The notes below the pieces were generated by a model, which worked only from the letters and a program-made list of their open reading frames with translations, made no database searches and was not told where the DNA came from. A program made the translations under genes and the position numbers. From Acidimicrobiales bacterium (GTDB lineage Bacteria > Actinomycetota > Acidimicrobiia > Acidimicrobiales > VFJN01), in assembly GCA_036570385.1 (NCBI GenBank), contig DATCYI010000010.1, forward strand, positions 1 through 37,806: a stretch of DNA of 37,806 bases. Direction: 5' to 3'. The number at the start of each line of letters is the position of its first letter. Position 1 is the stretch's first letter. Of the stretch, positions 1-9,140 are shown one piece after another.

Positions 1-33
1 TCGCCGCAGCTCGCCGAAGGCGAGCGAGGACGA

Positions 34-900
34 CTACAACCCCAAGGGGAGCTGGTTGGGGTTGAAGGGCTCGGTGCCGAGGGCCAGGGTCACGCCGGAC
101 ATGCCGTGGGACTGGGCGTAGCTCAGGGCTCGGCCCAGGTCGCTGTGGTTGTTGCTCAGCGGCGTGGGGAGGATGGCCAGCGTCGACAGGACGCCGGCGG
201 CCCGGCCCTGCGAGTCGAGCATCGCGGAGCCGGAGTCACCCGGGATGCCGGGCGTGACGGTGTAGGCGGGGTGGGTCCAGCCGCCCCCGGTGGTGCCGAG
301 GCTCACGCCGGTCTTGGGCGAGAGAAGGGTGATGCCCTGGCGCAGGCTCGAGTTGCCGTAGGAGTACAGCGTGCTCAGCAGCGGCAGGCCGCTGGTGTTC
401 GTGCCGGTCGGGCCGCCCCAGTGCGGGATCGACGGGTTGACCCGGGTCTCATCGGCCTCGGCCAGCTTCACCAGCGCGAAGTCGTTGTAGGCGCAGGTGT
501 CGGCGTCGGTCTCACCGGCCGTCTGCATGGCCCGCCACGACGAGTAGGCCAGCGTGCCGGGTTGCGTCGCACCGTCGATCTCGACCGGCGTCCCCAGCGG
601 CAGCGAGCCGGAGTCGCAGCCGTTGGTCTCGGTGGCGCCGCCGGTGCCGGCGCAGTGCGCGGCGTAGCCGATGAAGACGTCGGCAGCGTTGGTGAAGATG
701 AAGTTGGCGGTGCACTGAGCACCGTCTGTGAACATCATCACGCCCGGGTGGATCGGCGCTGAAGCAGCCGGTGCCCAGGTCGGTGCGGCCTGCACGGCCG
801 ACGGCGCTGCGCCGAAGCCGATCGCCAGTGCGGCGATGGCCGTCGTCGCAACCGCGACCAGCCGACGAATCGTTCCCTTGCCCACGGAATACCTCCCCAT
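34..900 (-). CDS. Secreted trypsin-like (S1 family) serine protease
   Basis: 288-aa ORF with an N-terminal signal peptide (RRLVAVATTAIAALAIGFGAAPSAVQA). Catalytic-triad contexts are AAHCAG (His), NDFALVKL (Asp) and GDSGSAML (Ser). Confidence 0.8.
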   Translation of the reverse strand: MGRYSVGKGTIRRLVAVATTAIAALAIGFGAAPSAVQAAPTWAPAASAPIHPGVMMFTDGAQCTANFIFTNAADVFIGYAAHCAGTGGATETNGCDSGSLPLGTPVEIDGATQPGTLAYSSWRAMQTAGETDADTCAYNDFALVKLAEADETRVNPSIPHWGGPTGTNTSGLPLLSTLYSYGNSSLRQGITLLSPKTGVSLGTTGGGWTHPAYTVTPGIPGDSGSAMLDSQGRAAGVLSTLAILPTPLSNNHSDLGRALSYAQSHGMSGVTLALGTEPFNPNQLPLGL

Positions 901-958
901 AGAGCCCGCCGGGGAGGGGTTCGCCCTCGACCTGCGCTTTCCCTCCGAAGGGGCGTCG

Positions 959-2314
959 TCAGGCCGAGATGGATCGCTCCACGTGGGCCTGCACCAGTGC
1001 CAGATCCGGCGGCAGGAGGTCGAAGCGCTCCTCGCGGTCGAAGAGGTCGTGCAACCTCTCGGGCAGCGGCGGGCGGACCCCGGTGGCCTGCTCGACCGCG
1101 TCGGGGAACTTGGCGGGGTGAGCGGTGGAGACGCAGACCATCGGCACGTCGTCGTGGCGTCGGCGGGCCCGGGCCGCGCCGATCCCCACCGCGGTGTGAG
1201 GGTCGACGAGCATCCCGGTGGCGGTGTGGACGGAGCGGATGATCTCGATGGTCTGGGCGTCGTCGACGCTGGCTGCGTCGAAGCGGACGTCCTGGGGGGC
1301 CTCGACGGCGCCGACGCCCCGGAAGCGGGTGAGCAGCTCAGCGGTGCGCGCGCCGTCGCGCCCGGTCAGCTCGAAGAGGAGGCGCTCGTGGTTGGACGAC
1401 ACCTGGATGTCCATCGACGGGCTGAGCGTGGGCACGACCTCCTCCGCCACGAGCGAGCCCGAGGCCGCCCAGCGGGTGAGGATGTCGTTGCTGTTGGAGC
1501 CGATGACGAGCTGGTCGACCGGCAGGCCGGTGCGCTCCGCGACCCACCCGGCGAAGATGTTGCCGAAGTTGCCACTCGGGACGGTGAACGACGACCGACC
1601 GAGTCGGGCGGTGGTGGTCACGTAGTAGACGACCTGGGCCATCACGCGAGCCCAGTTGATCGAGTTCATGGCCGACAGCCGCACCCGCTCGCGGAACGCG
1701 GTGTCGGCGAACATCGCCTTCACGAGGTCCTGGCAGTCGTCGAAGTTGCCTTCGATGGCGACGTTGTGGACGTTCGGCGCGTCGACGGTGGTCATCAGGC
1801 GGCGCTGCACGTCGCTGACCCGGCCGGCCGGGTGGAGCACGACGATGTCGAGCGTGTCGCGGCCGACGCAGGCCTCGATGGCGGCCGAGCCCGTGTCGCC
1901 GGAGGTGGCCACCACGATCGTGGCCCGCTCACCCCGCCGGGTGAGCTCGTGGTCGAACAGGCGGCCCACGAGCTGGAGGGCGACGTCTTTGAACGCGAGC
2001 GTCGGCCCCCTGAACAGCTCGAGCACGTGCAGCTCCTCGAGCGGCACGACGGGGCACACGTCGGGGTGCTCGAAGACGGCGTAGGCGTCGTGGACCATCG
2101 CCTCGAAGTCGGCGCGGTCGATCGATCCCTCGACGTAGGGCCACATCACCTCGATGGCGACGTCGGCGTAGGGCCTGACCTCCGACCAGAGCGCCGGGTC
2201 GAGGGTGGGCCACGTCTCGGGGACGTAGAGCCCGCCGTCTGTGGCGAGGCCGGTGAGGAGCACGTCGCCGAAGCCGAGGACGGGGGCGGCGCCGCGGGTG
2301 GAGACGTACTTCAT
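959..2314 (-). CDS. thrC: Threonine synthase
   Basis: 451-aa ORF starting MKYVSTRGAAPVLGFGDVLLTGLATDGGLYVP, typical of long-form ThrC. PLP-lysine context is FKDVALQ. The ATG overlaps the hom stop (ATGA at 2311-2314). Confidence 0.93.
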   Translation of the reverse strand: MKYVSTRGAAPVLGFGDVLLTGLATDGGLYVPETWPTLDPALWSEVRPYADVAIEVMWPYVEGSIDRADFEAMVHDAYAVFEHPDVCPVVPLEELHVLELFRGPTLAFKDVALQLVGRLFDHELTRRGERATIVVATSGDTGSAAIEACVGRDTLDIVVLHPAGRVSDVQRRLMTTVDAPNVHNVAIEGNFDDCQDLVKAMFADTAFRERVRLSAMNSINWARVMAQVVYYVTTTARLGRSSFTVPSGNFGNIFAGWVAERTGLPVDQLVIGSNSNDILTRWAASGSLVAEEVVPTLSPSMDIQVSSNHERLLFELTGRDGARTAELLTRFRGVGAVEAPQDVRFDAASVDDAQTIEIIRSVHTATGMLVDPHTAVGIGAARARRRHDDVPMVCVSTAHPAKFPDAVEQATGVRPPLPERLHDLFDREERFDLLPPDLALVQAHVERSISA

Positions 2315-3624
2315 GCGGTGGCCACCACTCGCAGAACGGAGCCGATGCGGTCGACGGCGTCGAGGGCCCGCAGGTCGTTGAGCGTGGCCTGCACGTCGGC
2401 CTCCCGGGCGATGTGGGTGATGAAGATGATGCGGGCCTCGCCGCCGAGGCCCTCCTGCTCCATGGATCGGATCGAGACCGCGTGGTCGCCGAACACGCCG
2501 GCCACCTGAGCCAGCACACCAGGGCGGTCGCGCACCTCGACGTTGAGGTAGAAGGCCGACTCGAGCTCGTCGATCGGACGGATGCGCGCTGTTGCCAGCT
2601 TGCCGATCGACGCGTGCGAGCCCTTGTGGCGGTTGACGGCCGCATCGATCAGGTCGCCGAGGATGGCGCTCGCAGTGGGCGAGCCGCCCGCGCCGCGGCC
2701 GTAGAACATCAGGTCGCCGACTGCCGCCCCCTCGACGAACACCGCGTTGAAGCTCTCGCGCACGGATGCGAGCGGGTGGTCGACCGGGACCATCGCCGGG
2801 TGCACCCGGACGCCGATCTCACCTGTGGTGGTCTGGTCGGCCACGGCGAGCAGCTTGATGACGAAGCCCATCCGCTTGGCGAAGTCGATGTCGATGTCGG
2901 TGAGGCTGGAGATGCCCTCGTGGTGGACATCGGCTGCGGTGACCGATGCGCCGAAGGCGATGCTGGCGATGATCGCCACCTTGGCCCCGGCGTCGTAGCC
3001 CTCGACGTCGGCGGTGGGGTCGGCCTCGGCGAAGCCGAGCGCCTGGGCCTCGGCGAGGGCGTCGGCGTAGGACGCGCCACCCTCCGTCATGCGGGTGAGG
3101 ATGTAGTTGGTGGTGCCGTTGACGATGCCCATCACGCGGGTGATGTGCTCGCCGGCCAGCGACTCGCGCAGCGGCCTGATGATCGGGATGCCGCCCGCCA
3201 CCGCAGCCTCGAACAGCAGGTCGACGCCCGCGCTCTCGGCGGCCTCGAACAGCTCGGCGCCGGCGTTGGCCAGCAGCTCCTTGTTGCCGGTGATGACCGG
3301 CTTGCCGGCCTTCAGCGCAGCGAGGATCAGCTCGCGTGCGGGCTCCATCCCACCGATGACCTCCACGATCACGTCGATGTCGGGGTCGTCGACGATCGAC
3401 CGAGCGTCGGTGGTCAGCAGCTCGGACGGCAACGCCACGGAGCGAGCCTTGCCCACGTCGCGCACCGCGATGCGGGTGACCTGAAGCCTGAGCCCGGTGC
3501 GGGCCTCGATCTCGTGGCCGCGGTCGGCGATCAGCTCGATCAGCGGCCCGCCGACGTTGCCGCCGCCGAGCACGCCCACGCGCACCGTCACACCACCGCT
3601 GTCGAGGTCGATCACGCCTCGCAT
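2311..3624 (-). CDS. hom: Homoserine dehydrogenase
   Basis: The track ORF 2311..4173 is over-extended into lysA. The recognisable protein begins at ATG 3624 (MRGVIDLDSGGVTVRVGVLGGGNVGG, Rossmann motif); GTG starts a few codons downstream are also possible. The C-terminal part is ACT-like (RDRPGVLAQVAGVFGDHAVSI). Confidence 0.9.
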   Translation of the reverse strand: MRGVIDLDSGGVTVRVGVLGGGNVGGPLIELIADRGHEIEARTGLRLQVTRIAVRDVGKARSVALPSELLTTDARSIVDDPDIDVIVEVIGGMEPARELILAALKAGKPVITGNKELLANAGAELFEAAESAGVDLLFEAAVAGGIPIIRPLRESLAGEHITRVMGIVNGTTNYILTRMTEGGASYADALAEAQALGFAEADPTADVEGYDAGAKVAIIASIAFGASVTAADVHHEGISSLTDIDIDFAKRMGFVIKLLAVADQTTTGEIGVRVHPAMVPVDHPLASVRESFNAVFVEGAAVGDLMFYGRGAGGSPTASAILGDLIDAAVNRHKGSHASIGKLATARIRPIDELESAFYLNVEVRDRPGVLAQVAGVFGDHAVSIRSMEQEGLGGEARIIFITHIAREADVQATLNDLRALDAVDRIGSVLRVVATA

Positions 3625-3677
3625 CGTAGGGGTCGGCTGGCCCCTCCCCCGATTCCGATTCGGGTGGCCCGCCGAGG

Positions 3678-4952
3678 TCAGAGCAGGTCGTTGCGGATGA
3701 GGTCGTCGTAGGTCTCGCGGCGGACGACCTCGCGTGCCTGGCCCTCCCCCACGAACACGACGGCGGGGCGCGTGACCTTGTTGTAGTTGGAGCCCATGGA
3801 GTGGCCGTAGGCGCCCGTGACCGGAGTGGCGAGGATGTCGCCGACGCGGATGTCGTCGGGCACCTGGGCGTCTCGCACCAAGACGTCGCCCGACTCGCAG
3901 TGCTTGCCCACCAAGGTGACCCGTCGGGGCCGAGCCGCGTCGGCGGCGCGCGGCAGCATCGTCTCGTAGCCGGACCCGTAGAGCACCGGGCGCGGGTTGT
4001 CGGACATGCCGCCGTCGACCGACACGTAGGTGCGCACGCCAGGCACCTCCTTGATGGTGCCGACCGTGTAGAGCGTGATGCCGGCCTGGGCCGCGATCGA
4101 CCGTCCGGGCTCGGCGAGGATGCGGGCCTCGATCCCCGCGTCGCGGCAGGCGTCGAGCACCGCGCTCCCCCACTCCGTGATGGTCGGTGCCTCCTCGTCC
4201 TCCACGTAGGCGACGCCGAGGCCGCCACCGAGCGACAGCTCCGGCAAGCCGAGCTCGCGGATCCAGGGGGCGACCACCTCCACCGCCTGGTGGAAGAAGT
4301 CGGCCACGAACACCTGGCTGCCGATGTGCATGTGCACGCCGACGAGATCGACCGCCGGCGAGTCCTGGGCGCGGGCGACGGCTCGAGCTGCGTCGCCCGA
4401 GGCCACCCCGAAGCCGAACTTCGAGTCGACCTGGCCGGTGCGCACGAACTCGTGGGTGTGCGCCTCGACGCCGGGCGTGGCTCGGATCAGGACCGTGGGG
4501 ACGATGCCGTCCTCGGCGTGCAGCTGGGCCAGGCGCTCCAGCTCGTCGAAGCTGTCCACGACGATGCGGCCCACGCCCGCCTGACGGGCGGAGCGCAGCT
4601 CGTTCAGCGACTTGTTGTTGCCGTGCATGACGAGCCGGTCCGGCGGCACACCTGCGGCCAGCGCGACGTAGAGCTCACCGCCGGTCGCGACGTCGAGGTG
4701 CATGCCCTCCTCGTGGACCAGGCGCGCCATGGCCAGGCAGAGGAAGGCCTTCGTCGCGTAGGCGACGCCGTCGCCGAACGAAGCCACCGCCTCGCGGCAG
4801 CGAGCGCGCAGGTGGGCCTCGTCGTAGACGAACAACGGAGTCCCGAAGCGCTCCGCCAGCTCGATGACGTCGCAGCCGCCGACGCGCAGCCGACCGTCGT
4901 CGCCGATCGTCGCGGTATCGGGAAGGAGCCGGCGCGGGACGGGCCCGCTCAC
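3678..4952 (-). CDS. lysA: Diaminopimelate decarboxylase
   Basis: 424 aa with motifs AYATKAF (PLP lysine), HMHIGSQ, GGGLGVAY and HCESGD. The GTG start overlaps the argS stop (GTGA). Confidence 0.93.
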   Translation of the reverse strand: MSGPVPRRLLPDTATIGDDGRLRVGGCDVIELAERFGTPLFVYDEAHLRARCREAVASFGDGVAYATKAFLCLAMARLVHEEGMHLDVATGGELYVALAAGVPPDRLVMHGNNKSLNELRSARQAGVGRIVVDSFDELERLAQLHAEDGIVPTVLIRATPGVEAHTHEFVRTGQVDSKFGFGVASGDAARAVARAQDSPAVDLVGVHMHIGSQVFVADFFHQAVEVVAPWIRELGLPELSLGGGLGVAYVEDEEAPTITEWGSAVLDACRDAGIEARILAEPGRSIAAQAGITLYTVGTIKEVPGVRTYVSVDGGMSDNPRPVLYGSGYETMLPRAADAARPRRVTLVGKHCESGDVLVRDAQVPDDIRVGDILATPVTGAYGHSMGSNYNKVTRPAVVFVGEGQAREVVRRETYDDLIRNDLL

Positions 4953-6550
4953 ATCGACTCCGGGGCGGACACGCCGAGGAGGTCGAGGCCGATCGCGAGC
5001 CCGATGCGGGCCGACTCCACCAGCCAGAGGCGGGACTGGGTGAGCTCCGGCGGCACGTCACCGATCACGTAGCAGTCGTGGTAGAAGCCGTGGAACCGGT
5101 CGGCCAGCTCCCGCACCCAGGTGGTGACCTTGTGCGGCGCCCTGTCGGTGCACGCGAGGGCGAGCACCTCGGGCAGCTCCGAGAGCTTGCGGAGAAGGTC
5201 CAGCTCACGGTCGTGGGTGAGCAACGTCAGGTCGGCATCGGCCAGCGGCCCCCGCGCGATCCCGGCCTCTGCGACCTTCCGACCGATGGAGTGGATCCGA
5301 GCGTTCGCGTACTGGACGTAGAAGACGGGGTTCTCGTTCGACTGCGCTGTGATGAGGTCGAGGTCGATCGTCTGGCGGGTGTCGAGCGACTGCAGCAGGA
5401 AGGTGAGGCGAGCCACATCCGCGCCGACCGCCTCCACGAGGTCGTCGAGCAGCACGATCGTGCCGGCCCGCTTCGAGAGCCGCACCTCTTCGCCGCCGCG
5501 CACGAGCTGCACGAGCTGACCGAGGATCAGCTCCAGCTCGTCGGGTGCGTGGCCCAGCGCCTGCACGCCGGCCTTCAGGCGGGCGACGTAGCCGTGGTGA
5601 TCGGCGCCCCAGATGTCGATGAGCTGCTCGTGGCCGCGGGCGAACTTGTCGCGGTGGTACGCGATGTCGGGCAGCAGGTAGGTGGGCTCGCCGTCGCTCT
5701 TCACGAGGACGCGGTCCTTGTCGTCACCGAAGTCGGTGGTGCGCAGCCAGGTGGCGCCGTCCTCCTCGAACACGACGCCGTGGCTGCGAAGGTCGGCGAG
5801 CGTGGCCTCGATCGCGCCCGACTCGACCAGCGAGCGCTCGCTGAACCAGGTGTCGAACTCCACGCCGATGCCCGAGAGGCTCTCGCGCAGGTCCTGCTTC
5901 ACGCGCTCGTAGCCCCACTCCACCGGGTCGACGTCGTCGGGCATCTCCGCCGCCCACTCGCGGATGTACTCGCCGACGTAGCCGTCCTCGGGCATCTCGG
6001 TGCCGGCCTTGCGGGCGGCGAGCGACGCACCGAAGAGGCTCATCTGCACGCCGCGGTCGTTGAGGTAGTACTCGCGGTGCACGACGTGGCCGGCCCGCTC
6101 CAGGATGCGGCACAGCGCGTCGCCGTAGGCGGCCCAGCGCCCACCGCCGGCGTGCAGCGGCCCCGTTGGGTTGGCCGACACGAACTCGACGTTGACCTTG
6201 CGCCCGCCCCCGATGTCGAGCCGCGCGAAGCCGGCCTCACCGGCCGCCACGACGTCGGTCAGGACGTCGTGCAGCCACGTGTCGTGCAGGTGGAAGTTCA
6301 CGAAGCCCGGGCCGGCGATCTCAGCCCTATCGACGTGCGCCGGCGGCGCGGCGTTCAGTCGGTCGACGAGCTCGCCTGCCAGCTCCCTCGGGTTGCGGCC
6401 GTTCTTCTTCGCCGTCGCCATGGCCAGGTTCGATGACCAGTCGCCGTGCTCGCGGCGCGCCGGCCGCTCGAGGTGGATCTCGGCGGGCGCGTCGATGCCC
6501 ACGTCGGCGAGAGCGGCGCGCAGGGCGGAGGTGAGGGAATCTCTGATCAC
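4949..6550 (-). CDS. argS: Arginine--tRNA ligase
   Basis: 533 aa with the class I HIGH-type motif SANPTGPLHAGGGR, and ArgRS-like N-terminal and anticodon-binding regions. The argS-lysA-hom-thrC order matches that known from mycobacteria and corynebacteria. Confidence 0.95.
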   Translation of the reverse strand: MIRDSLTSALRAALADVGIDAPAEIHLERPARREHGDWSSNLAMATAKKNGRNPRELAGELVDRLNAAPPAHVDRAEIAGPGFVNFHLHDTWLHDVLTDVVAAGEAGFARLDIGGGRKVNVEFVSANPTGPLHAGGGRWAAYGDALCRILERAGHVVHREYYLNDRGVQMSLFGASLAARKAGTEMPEDGYVGEYIREWAAEMPDDVDPVEWGYERVKQDLRESLSGIGVEFDTWFSERSLVESGAIEATLADLRSHGVVFEEDGATWLRTTDFGDDKDRVLVKSDGEPTYLLPDIAYHRDKFARGHEQLIDIWGADHHGYVARLKAGVQALGHAPDELELILGQLVQLVRGGEEVRLSKRAGTIVLLDDLVEAVGADVARLTFLLQSLDTRQTIDLDLITAQSNENPVFYVQYANARIHSIGRKVAEAGIARGPLADADLTLLTHDRELDLLRKLSELPEVLALACTDRAPHKVTTWVRELADRFHGFYHDCYVIGDVPPELTQSRLWLVESARIGLAIGLDLLGVSAPESM

Positions 6551-6730
6551 GGCGAAGCCTTGGTTCGGGGGACTATCGGGCTAGGAGCCTGCTGTGCGAT
6601 CCGGCCGGAGATCTCCGAGCCATGGTTCGTCGCTGGCAAGGATCGACGACGAAGGCGCAGCCGTAGCTGCGGCGAGGAGGAGGACGACGCCAGCGGCGAA
6701 GCTGGCCGGAGAGATCTGGCCAGGCATCGC

Positions 6731-7108
6731 TCAGCGGGCTCCTAGGAGTGCGTTGACGCGGTCGACGAGGTCGAGCGGCTCGAACGGCTTCGTGACGTAG
6801 TCGTCGGCACCGGCGTCGAGGCCCGACTTCAGGTCGGCCGACTGCGCCTTGGCCGACAACAGGATGATCGGCGTGGCCGCGAGGTCGGGGTCGCCCTTGA
6901 CGGCTTGCACGAGCTCGAGCCCGGAGACCTTGGGCATCATGATGTCGCTGATGATCACGTCGGGGTGCTCGGCACGAGCGAGCTCGATGCCCTCGGCGCC
7001 ATCGTGCGCTGCGAGCACGTTGAAGCCCTCTAGCTCGAAGTTCACCTCGAGCAGGCGCAGGATCACCGGATCGTCCTCGACCACGAGCACGGTGACGGAA
7101 GCGGGCAT
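6731..7108 (-). CDS. Single-domain response regulator (CheY-like receiver only)
   Basis: 125 aa: VLVVEDD...DVIISDIMMPKVSG...LSAK...DYVTKPF. There is no output domain and no adjacent histidine kinase. Confidence 0.85.
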   Translation of the reverse strand: MPASVTVLVVEDDPVILRLLEVNFELEGFNVLAAHDGAEGIELARAEHPDVIISDIMMPKVSGLELVQAVKGDPDLAATPIILLSAKAQSADLKSGLDAGADDYVTKPFEPLDLVDRVNALLGAR

Positions 7109-7181
7109 CGCCGCAGGTTACCGACCGTCGCCCGCACGCCCGAAGCCCGTTGACCCCCTCGGGTGCGAGACCCAAAGCCAA

Positions 7182-7282
7182 TGTTGTCTGAACACACCCG
7201 CAAACGCGAGGGTTGCGACCACATTGGGTGGCTGGCACAGTGTTGTCTGATCCATAACGTCCACGCGAGGGTTACGACAACA
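7182..7282. promoter_or_regulatory. Two imperfect 42-bp direct repeats (7182-7223 and 7241-7282), each bracketed by a TGTTGTC...GAC(A/C)ACA dyad; candidate operator array
   Basis: R1 is tgttgtctgaacacacccgcaaacgcgagggttgcgaccaca. R2 is tgttgtctgatccataacgtccacgcgagggttacgacaaca. By my alignment 31/42 positions are identical, concentrated at the ends. R2 ends 1 nt before the GGAGGG Shine-Dalgarno of the HTH gene. Confidence 0.4.
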
Positions 7283-7293
7283 CGGAGGGTGTG

Positions 7294-7977
7294 ATGGAGC
7301 TATTGGTACCCGACGCGGCAGATCGTCTCGGCGTCAGCGCAGGCCGGGTCCGCGACCTCATCCGCTCCGGTGACCTACCGGCGCGTCAGGTCGCCGGCCG
7401 ATGGTTCATCGACGCCGCCGACATCGAAGCAGCGAAGGGCCGCCCCGCTGGGCGACCGCTGTCGCCACGCATGGCCTGGGGCTTGATCTCCATGGTCGAA
7501 TCCGGTGACGCCGCGGCCCTGGATCGTGCCGAGCGTTCGAAGCTGCGACGCCGCCTCCGGGCTCTCCCGTCGCTCGACCAGGTAGCTCCCCTTTGTCGAC
7601 GGCGCAGCATCATCAGCCGCTACCGGGTCCACCCGGGTTCGCTGGGCAGGATCCGGGTCTTCGAACCGGCGATCCTCTCGGGAGCGTCAGCACCCGGGCA
7701 GAACATGATCGATCTGCGCGGCATCGAGATCTACCTCCCCCAGGCTCACGTGGCGCACTTCTCGCGCACGTTCCGTGCGCAGCGCGACGCTCCGGACCCG
7801 AACGTGATCGTCAGAGTCCCAAACGAGGTGCCGTGGCCCTTCCCATCTGGCGTGGCGGGCCCTGCCGTGATCGCCCTCGACCTCTTCGACAGTGGGGATG
7901 GACGGTCACGTCGCGAGGCCCGTGCGATGTGGGAGGAGCTGATGGCTAGGCGGCGGTTCGAGGACCTGCGGCGATGA
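7294..7977 (+). CDS. HTH (excisionase/MerR-like HTH_17 type) DNA-binding protein; candidate AbiEi-like antitoxin/regulator
   Basis: The N-terminus reads LLVPDAADRLGVSAGRVRDLIRSGDLPARQVAGRWFIDAADIE, followed by a domain of about 170 aa. The ATG at 7294 is 5 nt after GGAGGG (the track start is GTG 7291). The stop overlaps the next start (ATGA at 7974-7977). Confidence 0.6.
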   Translation: MELLVPDAADRLGVSAGRVRDLIRSGDLPARQVAGRWFIDAADIEAAKGRPAGRPLSPRMAWGLISMVESGDAAALDRAERSKLRRRLRALPSLDQVAPLCRRRSIISRYRVHPGSLGRIRVFEPAILSGASAPGQNMIDLRGIEIYLPQAHVAHFSRTFRAQRDAPDPNVIVRVPNEVPWPFPSGVAGPAVIALDLFDSGDGRSRREARAMWEELMARRRFEDLRR

Positions 7978-8768
7978 GCGCGCCGCGTGTCGAACGGGAA
8001 CCTGTCGAGCTGCCTCTGCTGGGCGGCGCTCTCGGCGAGGTGTGGGACACGATCGGTGCGCTCGCCCACCGCCTCGACGTTCCATGGACCATCGTCGGCG
8101 GTCAGATGGTCCTCCTCCACGGCCTCGAGCACGACGAGACCCCACCGCGCGTCTCCACGGATGTCGATGCTGCGGTGGACGTGCGGGCGGACCGCGCCGC
8201 GATCGGGCGCCTCGTCTTCACGCTCACGTCGCAGCTCGGTTTCGAGTCGGCTGGGGTAAGCCCAGAGGGCCGGGCGTACCGCTTCCATCGTCGTGTCGGC
8301 TCGGCCACGGCGTCGCTTGATCTCATGGCTGTCGAGCGTGACCCGGTCCAGGTAGACGTGCTCGCGCCCGAGGGCTTGGGTGAACGGGCCGACCTTCGAA
8401 CCGTGGGTGCCGCGACAGCGTTCCCCACTCCGGGCGTGACCCAGGCTCTGGCGCGCACGGAGCTCGTCCCCGTGCGATTTCGTGCCGGAGTGGAGCACGT
8501 GCCGCGACCCAACCTCCTCGGGGGGATCGTCGGGAAGGCAACGGCGAGCATCGTCGACCATGTCGACCAGGACCGCCACCGAGCGGATCTTGCGTTTCTG
8601 TGTGGCCTGGTCGCCGATCCCCTCACCATGCGTGAGGAGATCACTCGCAAGGACCGCCAGCGCCTCACCAGTGCCCGAAGGGCGTTTCCCGACGGTCATC
8701 TGGCATGGGCGGCCGCGAACGTGCCGGGCGACGCCCGCGGAGCGCTCGACATCCTCATCACCGTCTAG
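7974..8768 (+). CDS. Nucleotidyltransferase-fold protein, AbiEii/DUF1814-like candidate toxin
   Basis: 264 aa. It has a Pol-beta NTase-like pattern (IVGGQMVLLHG...VSTDVDAAVDV) and downstream acidic strands (SLDLMAV, VDVLAP). A C-terminal helical part carries GKATA...DRHRADLAFL, resembling the K / RDLyDL motifs of AbiEii. This is a motif-level call only. Confidence 0.5.
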   Translation: MSAPRVEREPVELPLLGGALGEVWDTIGALAHRLDVPWTIVGGQMVLLHGLEHDETPPRVSTDVDAAVDVRADRAAIGRLVFTLTSQLGFESAGVSPEGRAYRFHRRVGSATASLDLMAVERDPVQVDVLAPEGLGERADLRTVGAATAFPTPGVTQALARTELVPVRFRAGVEHVPRPNLLGGIVGKATASIVDHVDQDRHRADLAFLCGLVADPLTMREEITRKDRQRLTSARRAFPDGHLAWAAANVPGDARGALDILITV

Positions 8769-8920
8769 GAGCGGTTGGTCAGGTTCGGATCTGCGCCGAG
8801 TAGTCTGCTCCACGCACTCGTCGCACAACCTCTGGCTTCTCGCCCGCCAAGCGAGCCGGGGACCAGCGGGGACGGGGACGGGTGCAGGGACCGACGCACG
8901 ACCGCGCCAGTCCCGGTCAA

Positions 8921-8995
8921 GCCCTCGTAGCTCAGCGGATAGAGCATCGGCCTCCGGAGCCGTGTGCGCAGGTTCGAGTCCTGCCGAGGGCGCCA
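8921..8995 (+). tRNA. tRNA-Arg (anticodon CCG), CCA encoded
   Basis: Cloverleaf read by eye. Acceptor GCCCTCG/CGAGGGC; D arm GCTC-AGCGGATA-GAGC; anticodon loop CTCCGGA (CCG); T arm GCAGG-TTCGAGT-CCTGC; discriminator G plus CCA. Confidence 0.9.
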
Positions 8996-9003
8996 GCGAG
9001 ATC

Positions 9004-9041
9004 AAGGCCCTGACCAGCGCAAACGCCCTGGTCAGGGCCTT
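9004..9041 (+). terminator. Strong hairpin directly 3' of the tRNA (perfect 14-bp stem)
   Basis: AAGGCCCTGACCAG-(10 nt)-CTGGTCAGGGCCTT, followed by GTTCGTTGT. Confidence 0.6.
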
Positions 9042-9140
9042 GTTCGTTGTACCGCCACAATCCGCCAGGATCCTCGATCTGCCACCCTGATTGGGAGGAC
9101 CGTGGGAGGAGGGTGGGAGGGCTGGGAGGCGGCGAGCTGC

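Noticed and set aside
728-2509. 593-aa plus-strand ORF antisense to thrC. Similar long Arg/Pro/Gly-rich ORFs occur at 2819..4228, 5078..6436, 7746..9557, 18288..19625, 19519..21792, 20136..21560, 22647..23918, 26935..28005, 29243..30079 (the part upstream of ATG 30080) and 33219..35009.
   Set aside because: These are shadow ORFs typical of high-GC DNA. They have low-complexity R/P/G/A composition and no motifs, and each overlaps a gene on another frame or strand that has clear family signatures.
6581-6727. 48-aa minus-strand ORF (MPGQISPASFAAGVVLLLAAATAAPSSSILASDEPWLGDLRPDRTAGS) starting 3 nt after the response-regulator stop.
   Set aside because: Third-position GC is clearly lower than in neighbouring genes, there is no SD, and I recognise no family. 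It may simply be the argS promoter region. A conservation check is worthwhile, but it is not reportable as a gene.
4949-6730. T-box or lysine-riboswitch leaders for argS/lysA.
   Set aside because: lysA overlaps argS, leaving no leader. The 180-nt region upstream of argS shows no specifier or T-box-like conserved elements that I can recognise.
8858-8889. G-run cluster GGGG-N6-GGGG-N2-GGGG-N2-GGG-N4-GGG (formal G-quadruplex motif) upstream of the tRNA.
   Set aside because: Such runs arise easily by chance in a genome this GC-rich, and nothing else supports a function.
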